The notes below the pieces were generated by a model that saw only the letters and a list, made by a program, of their open reading frames with translations, was not told the origin of the DNA and searched no databases. Below are positions 45,266 through 53,932 of a stretch of 64,000 bases of DNA, in pieces. The DNA comes from Spirochaetales bacterium (GTDB lineage Bacteria > Spirochaetota > Spirochaetia > JABEVK01). Location: positions 812-64,811 of the forward strand of contig DAIDHT010000034.1 of the NCBI GenBank assembly GCA_027451945.1. The letters run 5' to 3'. The position numbers were made by a program, and so were the translations under genes. Numbering within the stretch: position 1 is the stretch's first letter; each line of letters starts with the position of its first letter.

Positions 45266-47137
45266 TTAGACGGCTTTATCCATCATTCGGTTTAGTCGAG
45301 CGACAAAGGCATTCGGATTTTCTAGGGGAACTCCTTCGACCAGTAAAGCCTGTTCTAACAGGAGCCACGAGGCGTCCTCGACCACGGCTTTGTCTTTAGC
45401 TTCGCGCAACTTTGTCACCAAGGCGTGATCGGGGTTGATTTCGAGAATCGGCTTGGGAGCCGGGAGGTCTTTCTGGCCCATCGCCTTCATCATCTGTTGA
45501 AGCTTTGCCGAAGGGTCATCATCGCCCGTGACAATACACGAAGGACTTTCGGCCAGGCGGAAAGAAACTCGAACATCTTTGACGTGATCGCCGAGGACCT
45601 TTTTCATCTTTTCGAGAAGCGGCTTCAAATCCTTTTCTTTGCCTTCGTCGGCTTTGTCCTTCAAATCCTCGCCAACTTCGGCTTTGTTGATGGACTTGAG
45701 GTCAATATCCTTGTACTTCTCGACCGATTGAAAGACGATTTCGTCGATGTCATCGTCCAGAATCAGCACTTCGATATCTTTCTTCTTGTAAACTTCCAAC
45801 AACGGTGACGCGCGTAACGACGCCTCTGTTCCGCCAGTGAGAATGTAAAGGGCCTTTTGTTCACTCTTCATCCGGTCTTTCGCCTCGGCCAAACTGGTCC
45901 AGCCCTCGACCTTGGTTGACTTAAAGCGAATCAGGTCCAAGATTGCTTCGCGATTGGCGTAATCTTGGTACAGCCCCTCTTTGAGAACGCGGTTGTACTC
46001 ACTAGCGAACTGGAGGTACTTATCTTTGTCGTTGTTGGCCAAGGACTGCAGTTCCGCCAAGACCTTTTTAACGCTCGCGGTCCGAATTTGAGACAACACT
46101 TTATTTTGCTGAAGAATTTCGCGGCTGACATTGAGAGGAAGATCCTCGCTATCAATAACGCCACGTAGGAACCTCAGCCAGGTCGGCATCAGTTCTTTTT
46201 CATCATCTGTGATAAAGACGCGTTTGACGTACAGCTTAACGCCAGGCCGGTAATCGGCTTGGAACAGGTCGTAAGGTGCCTTGGCGGGAATATAAAAGAG
46301 GGTGGTATATTCTAAGGTTCCTTCTGCCTTGGTGTGGAACCAAACCAGCGGGTCGTCGTAGTCATGCGAAACTGTCTTATAGAATTCTTTGTAATCTTCG
46401 TCCTTTAATTCGGACTTTGAGCGCTTCCACAAGGCACCCGCATCGTTGACTTTTTCGGTGGTGGGGACCTTCTTCGAAGTCCGCTTGTCCCCTTCACCTT
46501 CCCATTCCGTTTTTTCATAGCTGAGATAAATGGGAAAAGCGATGTGATTGGAGTACTTCTTGACCAGTTCACTAACACGCCAATTGCTCGTGTATTCTTT
46601 GCCGTCTTCATTCATGAAGAGCTTTACGGTGGTTCCATGGCCGTCGCGTTCGCTGGCATCAATTTCATAGCTGGTTTGCCCGTCGCTGGCCCAGCGCCAT
46701 GCTTTATCGTCACCAGCTTTTTTTGTGATGACTTCGACGCGGTCGGCCACCATAAAGGCGCTGTAAAACCCAACACCGAATTGACCGATCAGGTTCGAAT
46801 CACGCTTAGCGTCGCCCGACAGTTGAGCCAAGAAGTTTTTTGTACCGGAACGAGCGATGGTACCCAGGTTGGCTGCCAGGTCTTCGGCATTCATGCCGAT
46901 CCCGTTGTCACGGATCATCAGAACGCTGTTCGCTTCATCGATCTCAATGTCTACACGGGGATCAAAGGCCATGCCCTTGAAGGTGTCATCGGTCAGGGTC
47001 AAATACTTAAGCTTATCCAGGGCGTCCGAGGCATTGGAAACCAACTCGCGCAAGAAGATCTCTTGGTGCGAGTACAAAGAATGGATGATCAGCTTGAGCA
47101 ACTGACCCACTTCGGTCTGAAACTCATGTTGAGACAT
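45266..47137 (-). CDS. htpG: Hsp90 chaperone HtpG
   Basis: IFLRELVSNASDA, DNGIGM, LGTIARSGT, IGQFGVGFYS, DSEDLPLNVSRE, LEINPDH. Confidence 0.97.
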   Translation of the reverse strand: MSQHEFQTEVGQLLKLIIHSLYSHQEIFLRELVSNASDALDKLKYLTLTDDTFKGMAFDPRVDIEIDEANSVLMIRDNGIGMNAEDLAANLGTIARSGTKNFLAQLSGDAKRDSNLIGQFGVGFYSAFMVADRVEVITKKAGDDKAWRWASDGQTSYEIDASERDGHGTTVKLFMNEDGKEYTSNWRVSELVKKYSNHIAFPIYLSYEKTEWEGEGDKRTSKKVPTTEKVNDAGALWKRSKSELKDEDYKEFYKTVSHDYDDPLVWFHTKAEGTLEYTTLFYIPAKAPYDLFQADYRPGVKLYVKRVFITDDEKELMPTWLRFLRGVIDSEDLPLNVSREILQQNKVLSQIRTASVKKVLAELQSLANNDKDKYLQFASEYNRVLKEGLYQDYANREAILDLIRFKSTKVEGWTSLAEAKDRMKSEQKALYILTGGTEASLRASPLLEVYKKKDIEVLILDDDIDEIVFQSVEKYKDIDLKSINKAEVGEDLKDKADEGKEKDLKPLLEKMKKVLGDHVKDVRVSFRLAESPSCIVTGDDDPSAKLQQMMKAMGQKDLPAPKPILEINPDHALVTKLREAKDKAVVEDASWLLLEQALLVEGVPLENPNAFVARLNRMMDKAV

Positions 47138-47172
47138 AGAAAATTCTCCTAGGTAAGGGGATGTTGATCTTT

Positions 47173-47201
47173 AAATTACCGAAATCTGCGACTCTCGGCA
47201 A
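47173..47201 (-). promoter_or_regulatory. Sigma70-type promoter of htpG
   Basis: TTGCCG, 17 nt, TAATTT. Confidence 0.5.
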
Positions 47202-47219
47202 GTCAACGGAACTTACCGG

Positions 47220-47579
47220 TTAGTCGTGTGAACAGCTGTCATGGTGGGCCGAGCACAGCTCCCCCGAATCCTGAAAGCGACCGGCAACAAATTCTTCGAC
47301 CGCGTCGCGGGAGCGGCCCGAAGCCCCACGAACTACGGTGATCCCGTGGTCTCGTAAAACCTTCAGCGCGCCTTCACCCATGTTTCCAGCCACCAAATGG
47401 GTCACCCCTGCTTGGGCCAGAACCCCGGCGATTCCCGATTTACAACCGCAAGAATCCGAGGAGGGGATGGCCGGGTCTTGGGTCAGTTGGTCCTCGTGGG
47501 CGCTAAAGACGAGAAACTCCTGGCAGTGTCCAAAGTGCTGGTCAATTTGTCCTTCGTGGGAGGGTACAGCGATTTTCAT
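47220..47579 (-). CDS. NifB/NifX (dinitrogenase FeMo-cofactor binding) family protein
   Basis: MKIAVP...IDQHFGHC, GNMGEGA, Cys/His-rich C-terminus; AAGGAG SD. Confidence 0.88.
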   Translation of the reverse strand: MKIAVPSHEGQIDQHFGHCQEFLVFSAHEDQLTQDPAIPSSDSCGCKSGIAGVLAQAGVTHLVAGNMGEGALKVLRDHGITVVRGASGRSRDAVEEFVAGRFQDSGELCSAHHDSCSHD

Positions 47580-47606
47580 GAGATGTCTCCTTTTTGCTTT
47601 TGCTTA

Positions 47607-47624
47607 TATTAGCATATGTCAATA
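47607..47624. promoter_or_regulatory. Near-palindromic operator candidate upstream of the NifB/NifX-family gene
   Basis: TATT-AG-CATATG-TC-AATA; contains TTGACA on the minus strand. Confidence 0.45.
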
Positions 47625-47633
47625 ATAGTAGGT

Positions 47634-47663
47634 AAAAAAAAGGCGCGTCAAGGGACGCGCCTT
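47634..47663 (-). terminator. Intrinsic terminator of the OMP gene
   Basis: AAGGCGCGTC (47640-47649) / GACGCGCCTT (47654-47663) with an 8-U run on the minus strand. Confidence 0.88.
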
Positions 47664-47680
47664 CTGCTCATCGATGCGGT

Positions 47681-48166
47681 TTAGAAGCGGTAGCGGACGG
47701 CAAAACCCCCGGAGCCTTGAAAGCTCGTTGAAGGAATAATTTGCATTCCCAGACCTAATTCAAAAGCGAGCTCAAGGGGAATCTTTTGAAAACGGTAGAG
47801 GATGCCGCCGGGAATGCGGATTCCCAGCCCAAAAGTGTTACCGACATTGACTTCGGCACCAACGCCTATGTACAACGGAAAATCCTGGCCTTTGATCACC
47901 ACAATGCCAGGAAATTCTTGCAAATAGTTGGCTTGAACCAAAAGGCTAGTCTGATTATAAAGGCTCCAAGCCGCTTTCGCTTCAAAAGATTGGGTATCGG
48001 TAAACCCATAGCGTACCGTCAGACCCGTAGGTTCTCCCAAAAAGGCACCGGCCGCCCAACCCTTGGCCCCTGGCGCTGTGGTTTGAGCAAAAGAGGCTAC
48101 AGCCAAACTCAACGCTAAACCGACAGCCAAAAGGGCGCGGGGAGCAAGAAAAACACGATTCTTCAT
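47681..48166 (-). CDS. Small outer-membrane beta-barrel, BB0405/DUF3996-like
   Basis: Signal peptide; GAFLGEPTGLTVRY; LYIGVG; GIRIPGGI...PLELAFELG; ends VRYRF; AAGGAG SD before ATG 48166. Confidence 0.78.
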   Translation of the reverse strand: MKNRVFLAPRALLAVGLALSLAVASFAQTTAPGAKGWAAGAFLGEPTGLTVRYGFTDTQSFEAKAAWSLYNQTSLLVQANYLQEFPGIVVIKGQDFPLYIGVGAEVNVGNTFGLGIRIPGGILYRFQKIPLELAFELGLGMQIIPSTSFQGSGGFAVRYRF

Positions 48167-48251
48167 GTACGACTCCTTAAAGTATTCATAATCATTTATC
48201 GACAGGCACAAAATCTAGCAATTTGTTCAAAAAGTCAAGTCCGTAGAAAGG

Positions 48252-49307
48252 TTAGGTTTTGAGGGCAGCTTGACGCTTGTAATGGTCTTCGAGCACTAAA
48301 GCGGCCATCGCTTCGATTACGGGCACAATCCGGGGGCAAATACAGGGGTCATGCCGGCCAATGGTTCGGATTTCATTTTCTTGGCCGTCAAGGCCAATGG
48401 TATGTTGGGTTTTCGAAATCGATGAAGTGGGCTTGACGGCGGCTCTAAACACGATCTGCTCGCCGGTCGAAATCCCCCCCAACGTCCCCCCCGCGTGGTT
48501 GGTGACAAAACCGTTGCGGTCCATGGGGTCATTATGCTGGCTTCCCAAGAGGTCGACGCAGCCGAAGCCCAGGCCCATCTCAAACCCTTTGACAGCACCC
48601 AAGGACATAATCGCCTTCGCTAAATCTGCCTCTAACTTATCAAAGACCGGCTCGCCTAAGCCTGGCGCGACCCCATCGATATGACATTCAACAATACCCC
48701 CGACGCTGTCGCCTTCGCTAGCCAAACGTTCGATGATGGGGATCATCTGAGCCGCAGCATTCATGTCAGCCGCCCGCATCGGGTTCTTTTCTATTACCGA
48801 GTAGTCAACGTTTTCGCAAGAAATCCCGGCACAGCGGCGGGTAAAAGCACGAATGGTAACGCCTCGTCCTAAGAGGATCTTTTTGGCCACGGCACCTGCG
48901 GCAACGCGAGCCGCCGTTTCGCGACCTGACGCCCGGCCAGAGCCCCGGTAATCGCGGATTCCGTACTTGGTCAGGTAGGTGAAATCGGCATGGCCAGGGC
49001 GAAACTTGTCCTTGATATCATCGTACGCACTCGACTGAGCGTCTTTGTTGTACAAGATCATCAAAATGGGCGTGCCCGTTGTCTTTCCTTCAAAAACGCC
49101 CGAAAGCAAGTGGACGGTGTCTGGTTCTTGCCGGGGGGTTGTTACCGAGGACTGCCCGGGTTTACGCCGATCGAGCTCCTTTTGAATATCGGCTTCGTTG
49201 AGTTCTAAAAGGGGTGGGGCTCCATCCAGGACAACACCAACGGCCCCTCCGTGCGACTCGCCAAACGTGCTGATTTTAAAACTATGGCCAAAACTTGATC
49301 CGGGCAT
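48252..49307 (-). CDS. aroC: Chorismate synthase
   Basis: [44 protein letters not shown]. Confidence 0.97.
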   Translation of the reverse strand: MPGSSFGHSFKISTFGESHGGAVGVVLDGAPPLLELNEADIQKELDRRKPGQSSVTTPRQEPDTVHLLSGVFEGKTTGTPILMILYNKDAQSSAYDDIKDKFRPGHADFTYLTKYGIRDYRGSGRASGRETAARVAAGAVAKKILLGRGVTIRAFTRRCAGISCENVDYSVIEKNPMRAADMNAAAQMIPIIERLASEGDSVGGIVECHIDGVAPGLGEPVFDKLEADLAKAIMSLGAVKGFEMGLGFGCVDLLGSQHNDPMDRNGFVTNHAGGTLGGISTGEQIVFRAAVKPTSSISKTQHTIGLDGQENEIRTIGRHDPCICPRIVPVIEAMAALVLEDHYKRQAALKT

Positions 49308-49309
49308 GC

Positions 49310-49852
49310 TTATTCTCCTGTGGGTCGATCTAGTGATTCAAGGCTTTCACTGAGGCGGCGAAACGCGGTATCGAGGTCGACGCCGCTCAGCTCAAGCTCT
49401 ATCGTACAAACTTCACGCATCCGTAAGGTTCGTTCTCGGTACAAGACTTGAAAGTCCTCCCAAGGGTGGTCGGGTGACAAAAACGCGGGGAGACCCCCTT
49501 TAAGGATGCGCTCAAAGAGAATCTCGGGTTTTTCTTTTAGGTGGATGAGAACGCCTATACTTGCCAAATGGTTGACGGCTGGGGGGTTGTCAATCGTACC
49601 GCCTCCCCACGCCAGAACGAGAGGTGCCTGCCGCATTTCCTGAACTGCAGCGGCGGCGGCCAGTGCTTCGAGGCGTTGAAAGAGCGCTTTTCCCCCGCTA
49701 CGGTAGACGTCTCGCGCTGAGCGTCCCTGGGCTTCGGGGAGATTTTCCAGCAGTTGATCAAGATCGCGAAAGGGGAGCCGCCGAACCTGGGCGAGCTTTT
49801 TGCCCAAAGTGGATTTTCCCGTATGTTTCATCCCTAAAAGCTGTACCGTCAC
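49310..49852 (-). CDS. aroK: Shikimate kinase
   Basis: [10 protein letters not shown]-loop, DLD, FQRLE, WGGG, LYRER; adjacent to aroC. Confidence 0.9.
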   Translation of the reverse strand: MTVQLLGMKHTGKSTLGKKLAQVRRLPFRDLDQLLENLPEAQGRSARDVYRSGGKALFQRLEALAAAAAVQEMRQAPLVLAWGGGTIDNPPAVNHLASIGVLIHLKEKPEILFERILKGGLPAFLSPDHPWEDFQVLYRERTLRMREVCTIELELSGVDLDTAFRRLSESLESLDRPTGE

Positions 49853-49920
49853 AGCCTTACAGTACCCGGAAGAGCTAGGCTCGTCCAGCGGGCGAGGTAT
49901 TCGAGAAGTTACGTCAGAAG

Positions 49921-51504
49921 TTATTCCAGAAGAGGAACGTTGAGGTCCTCGAGCTCGGGTACCATCAGGGGTAGTCGAAAGGTGGTGCCCACCCCTTCTA
50001 GGCTTTCAATCTGGAGTGTGGTTCCCAGCTGACGTGCCATATCAAAACAAACCGTCAGGCCAAGGCCCTGACCTTGTTCCCGTGCCGTCCCCGCTGTAGA
50101 AAAGGTGTCATTTTGAGCACGAAGGCGCTCGAGATTTTCTTTGCTGATTCCAACGCCAGTATCGGTGACGCTCAGTTCGGCGCCGCCCGAAATCTCACGT
50201 CCCGTCACGGTAATTTGCCCTCCTGGCCTCGTAAATTTTAGCGCATTGTGCACCAGGTTTCGCAGAATGGTGGCTAACATCGTTTTATCTGAGTGGATTT
50301 GGGTGTTGAGGTGAAGCTCGGCTTTTAACGTAATAGCTTTGTCCCGGGCCATCAGCTGAAATAGGGTAAAGACTTCTTTGACTAACGGGTCGAGCGGAAA
50401 GGTGGTTAGACGCGGGGCTGTGTCGCCTTTTTGCAGGCGTGCCCACGACAGCAGGTTTTCTAAGAGCTGAAGCAGACTTTCAGAGGACCGTCGCATATCC
50501 TGAAAGATTTGGTCCCAGGCCGGCGGGTCAAACAACTTTTGGTCATCCACCCAGATGTCGAGCAGTTGCTTAATTTTACTCACCGGCCCCCTAAGATCGT
50601 GGCTGATGATCGAAAACAGCTTGTCTTTGGTCGCATTGAGGTCTTCGAGCTTTTGTTCACGTTCTTTTCGTGAGGAGATGTCGATCAAAACCCCCAAGAA
50701 CCCAATGTCCTCGTTTTCGGGCACCTCGAACTGAAGGACGTACAGAATAAACGAGTGCAGAGTCCCATCGGCGTGCAGAAGCTCAACTTCTTCTGCGGCC
50801 ATCGATTCGCGTGACAGCAAATCGAGGTCGATTTTGTCAAAGGTAGCACCATTTTGAGGTCCCAGGGCCTCGAGGTTAGTTTTGAGGGTGAGCCGATCTT
50901 TGGCGACATCGAGGACGACGCAAAATGACAGGTTGGCGCTAGAAAACTTTCCCGTCTTAGTTTTGTAAAACAAGGGTAAAGGGATCAAATCGATCAGGGT
51001 GTCTAACAGCTTTTGCTGGGCCTGCTGGCGGGTTTCTTGCACGCTGGTGCTTTGATGCGACAAAAGGGTAAGCGTGGCCCACACCGAGGCTTGAACCCAA
51101 AGGAAGATCAGACCTTTCAGATCAAACGCTGGCAAAAGTACGCCGGACACGAGGTCGATTCCCAATAAAAGAAGGGCGGCCGGGAATACTGTTAACCGAA
51201 ACACCGCAAATACCGTCAACGCCAGAGCCCAAACCCACCAGCCCCACAGGGCGTGGGCCTCAGCAAAAACCAGGGTGACCACAGCGCTTAGGCCCAACAG
51301 CAGAAAGGCCGCTGGTGCGGGGCGTTTCCAAAGACGAAACACCGTCACCCCCGCCAAAGTCAAAAGCACAACGGCGTGAAGTATCCAAAGGGTAGTGGGA
51401 ACGACGACCAGCGATCCCACGGTTAAGCTGGCTTCGGCATAAAGAAGGAGGTACGCCGCTTGGCGGCAAAACTGTTCCGAGCGGGGGGGGCGCAGAAGTT
51501 TCAC
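49921..51504 (-). CDS. Membrane PAS sensor histidine kinase
   Basis: ~6 N-terminal TMs, PAS, H-box FSIISHDLRGP, LRNLVHNALKFT, DTGVGI, GQGLGL. Confidence 0.9.
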   Translation of the reverse strand: MKLLRPPRSEQFCRQAAYLLLYAEASLTVGSLVVVPTTLWILHAVVLLTLAGVTVFRLWKRPAPAAFLLLGLSAVVTLVFAEAHALWGWWVWALALTVFAVFRLTVFPAALLLLGIDLVSGVLLPAFDLKGLIFLWVQASVWATLTLLSHQSTSVQETRQQAQQKLLDTLIDLIPLPLFYKTKTGKFSSANLSFCVVLDVAKDRLTLKTNLEALGPQNGATFDKIDLDLLSRESMAAEEVELLHADGTLHSFILYVLQFEVPENEDIGFLGVLIDISSRKEREQKLEDLNATKDKLFSIISHDLRGPVSKIKQLLDIWVDDQKLFDPPAWDQIFQDMRRSSESLLQLLENLLSWARLQKGDTAPRLTTFPLDPLVKEVFTLFQLMARDKAITLKAELHLNTQIHSDKTMLATILRNLVHNALKFTRPGGQITVTGREISGGAELSVTDTGVGISKENLERLRAQNDTFSTAGTAREQGQGLGLTVCFDMARQLGTTLQIESLEGVGTTFRLPLMVPELEDLNVPLLE

Positions 51505-51510
51505 CTCAAC

Positions 51511-51562
51511 AGGATAGGATGAACTGAGGTTTCTTGCAAATATTCTCGCTGAAATTTACAAT
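51511..51562. promoter_or_regulatory. Divergent promoter pair sharing one palindromic -35
   Basis: TTGCAA (51534-51539) lies 17 nt from TACAAT (+, 51557-51562) and 17 nt from TATCCT (-, 51516-51511). Confidence 0.6.
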
Positions 51563-51569
51563 CTTTCTT

Positions 51570-52964
51570 ATGCCAGAAACACGTTTAGAAGCCGATTCCA
51601 TGGGGAACATCCCCGTAGAGGCCTCCCGCTACTGGGGGGCTCAGACCGAACGCGCCCGGTTGAACTTTCAAGTTTCACCGTATCGCGCTCCGCAACCTTT
51701 TCTTAGGGCGTTGTGCGCCGTCAAGGGGGCCTACGCCCAAGCCAACCAAGAGTTAGGAGTTTTGGACCACCGTTTGGCCTTGGCGGTTTTGCAAGCCGCC
51801 CGCGAAGCCCAAGAGGGTAACTTTGACGAAGAGTTCCCCCTCGACGTGTTTCAGACAGGGAGCGGCACCAGCTGGAACATGAACGCTAACGAAGTTTTAG
51901 CGGGCCGCGCCAACGAGATCCTCACGGGCAAACGAGGCGGAAAAGCCCCTGTGCACCCCAACGATCACGTGAACGCAGGGCAATCATCGAACGATGTGAT
52001 TCCTGCCGTCCTGAATATTTCGTGCCGCTTGGAAACAGAACAGCTCTGCCAGGCCCTCGAGGGGTTGGCGGTGGCCTTTGAAACCAAGGCTCACGAGTTT
52101 TTAACCGTCATCAAGCTGGGGCGGACGCACCTGCAAGATGCCGTCCCCATGACGCTGGGGCAAGAAGTCGGGGCTTGGGCACGCCAAGTACGGCTGGCGG
52201 TCGAGCGGCTACGCGGAGTTTACCCCCACCTCGAAGAGCTGGCCTTGGGCGGTACGGCCCTAGGTACGGGCCTTAATGCTCCCGCCGCTCTGGCGCCCCG
52301 AGCGATTGCTCAGCTGGCACAGCTTTATGGCGTTCCTTTTCGTCAGGCCGAAAATCTCTTTGAAGCGATTTCGGCGCGGGATGCTCAGGTGGAGCTGATG
52401 GGGGCCCTCAACAGCACGGCGGTTTCGCTGATGAAAATTGGTAATGACCTGCGGCTTTTGTCCAGCGGACCGCGGACAGGGTTTGGCGAAGTTCTGCTTC
52501 CCAGCCTTCAGCCAGGAAGTTCCATCATGCCCGGCAAGGTGAACCCTGTGATGCTCGAGGTTTTGATTCAAGCTTGTGCGCACGTGATGGGCGTGGCGGT
52601 AACCGCGACCATTGCCGGACAAAACTCGCCGCTTCAGCTGAACATCATGATGCCTCTGCTGGCGCACGAAATCTTATCGTCGTTAGAGCTCATGACCCGA
52701 ACGGTTCAGGCTGTCAACGACAGGTGCATTCAAGGGTTGGTGGCCGACCGACAACACTGTGAAGCGCAAGTTGAACGTTCCCTGGCGTTAGTGACAGCCT
52801 TGGCTCCCGTTATTGGGTATGACAAAGCGGCGCAAGTTTCTAAGACGGCACTGGCCTCGGGAAAGACCTTACGCGAGGTTTTGCGCGACGAGGGGCTCCT
52901 TACCGGCGACGTCGAAGCGTTACTCGACCCTCGAACGATGCTGGGCCCTGAGCGCCAAGCATGA
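51570..52964 (+). CDS. fumC: Class II fumarate hydratase (fumarase/aspartase superfamily)
   Basis: YWGAQT, QTGSGTSWNMNANE, HPNDHVN.GQSSND, GRTHLQDA, GSSIMPGKVNP; start ATG 51570. Confidence 0.9.
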   Translation: MPETRLEADSMGNIPVEASRYWGAQTERARLNFQVSPYRAPQPFLRALCAVKGAYAQANQELGVLDHRLALAVLQAAREAQEGNFDEEFPLDVFQTGSGTSWNMNANEVLAGRANEILTGKRGGKAPVHPNDHVNAGQSSNDVIPAVLNISCRLETEQLCQALEGLAVAFETKAHEFLTVIKLGRTHLQDAVPMTLGQEVGAWARQVRLAVERLRGVYPHLEELALGGTALGTGLNAPAALAPRAIAQLAQLYGVPFRQAENLFEAISARDAQVELMGALNSTAVSLMKIGNDLRLLSSGPRTGFGEVLLPSLQPGSSIMPGKVNPVMLEVLIQACAHVMGVAVTATIAGQNSPLQLNIMMPLLAHEILSSLELMTRTVQAVNDRCIQGLVADRQHCEAQVERSLALVTALAPVIGYDKAAQVSKTALASGKTLREVLRDEGLLTGDVEALLDPRTMLGPERQA

Positions 52965-53905
52965 AGATAGGGCGCCTGCTTTTTGTAGGGCTTTTGACGA
53001 TCCTGGGCGTAGGAACGGCTGACGGTTTACCAGTGCTTCGCTGGAGCGGGCTAACGCTCGCCACGTACAACGACAACTCACCGTATCTGTACTGGACCCC
53101 TGACGGCAACCTCAATGTCGGGGTCGGCCGGGGTGCCGACGACCAGTTTACGGCTGGAGGCTTGGTCAGTGCTCAGGCGAAAGTGTACTCGCGGTGGGCG
53201 GACGCGCTGAGTATGTCACTCAACTATGCCATGTACACTGACGACCAGTACTATAGCATCGGTGCCATTGGTGTGCCCACGCATCCGGCCTGGCGAGAAG
53301 ATGTGTTGTCGTTTTTAACGCAGACGCAAAAAGTTCTGGGCCCCTGGTCGCTGTACACAGGGGCAGGGGTGGTGCTTCGGGGCAATCTTGGGGGACAGAC
53401 GGTGCAAGACTCGGTGCATCTGACCATCAATGATCAGACCTTCGACCTCCCCTATGCCTCGTTTGGCATCGGACCGCTGGTGAGCGCAGGGGTTTCGTAC
53501 AACGCCTGGGATTTTCACTACCGCCAGTGGTCGGGGCAGGTCAGTGGGTGGGCTCGTGGGGTTTGGGATGTGTTAGGGGTGGCAAATTCTCAAGCGGATT
53601 TTTTGGCTCGGGCGCAACTTTTTACGGGAGCGGTGAGCTTTGACCTGAGTGCTGGCTGGCGGGCCTCGCACCCCGGTACCGAAGCATTTTTAGCGTCTAT
53701 GTATTCGGGTGGCTTTTTTGAAGACGCCAGCCTGAACTTAGACTTAGGCGGCTTTTCGTTCCGCGCCGGGTACGCGGTGAACCCCTATGGCGCGGCTCCG
53801 ATTTCGCAATACCCGGCGTATCATGACATGAACCAGGAGTTTCACTGGTCGGTGACCTGGGGAACGGAGGACCCGCTTCCGTGGATCCTCCGGTTTTACC
53901 CTTAA
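52961..53905 (+). CDS. Putative outer-membrane beta-barrel, LpxR/DUF2219-like
   Basis: Signal peptide; YNDN...DDQFTAG; MYT; GNLGGQTVQDSVH; amphipathic strands. Confidence 0.45.
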   Translation: MKIGRLLFVGLLTILGVGTADGLPVLRWSGLTLATYNDNSPYLYWTPDGNLNVGVGRGADDQFTAGGLVSAQAKVYSRWADALSMSLNYAMYTDDQYYSIGAIGVPTHPAWREDVLSFLTQTQKVLGPWSLYTGAGVVLRGNLGGQTVQDSVHLTINDQTFDLPYASFGIGPLVSAGVSYNAWDFHYRQWSGQVSGWARGVWDVLGVANSQADFLARAQLFTGAVSFDLSAGWRASHPGTEAFLASMYSGGFFEDASLNLDLGGFSFRAGYAVNPYGAAPISQYPAYHDMNQEFHWSVTWGTEDPLPWILRFYP

Positions 53906-53932
53906 AAGTGGGGCTCGCGATTCGTTTCGATC

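Noticed and set aside
46544..47152. Long antisense ORFs to htpG (also 54086-54634, 56599-57159, 62021-62662, 6003-6554)
   Set aside because: Expected stop-poor antisense frames of codon-biased genes; no independent motifs.
47220..47579. Nitrogen fixation locus
   Set aside because: The NifB/NifX-family domain is common in non-diazotrophs; no nifHDK or nifEN here.
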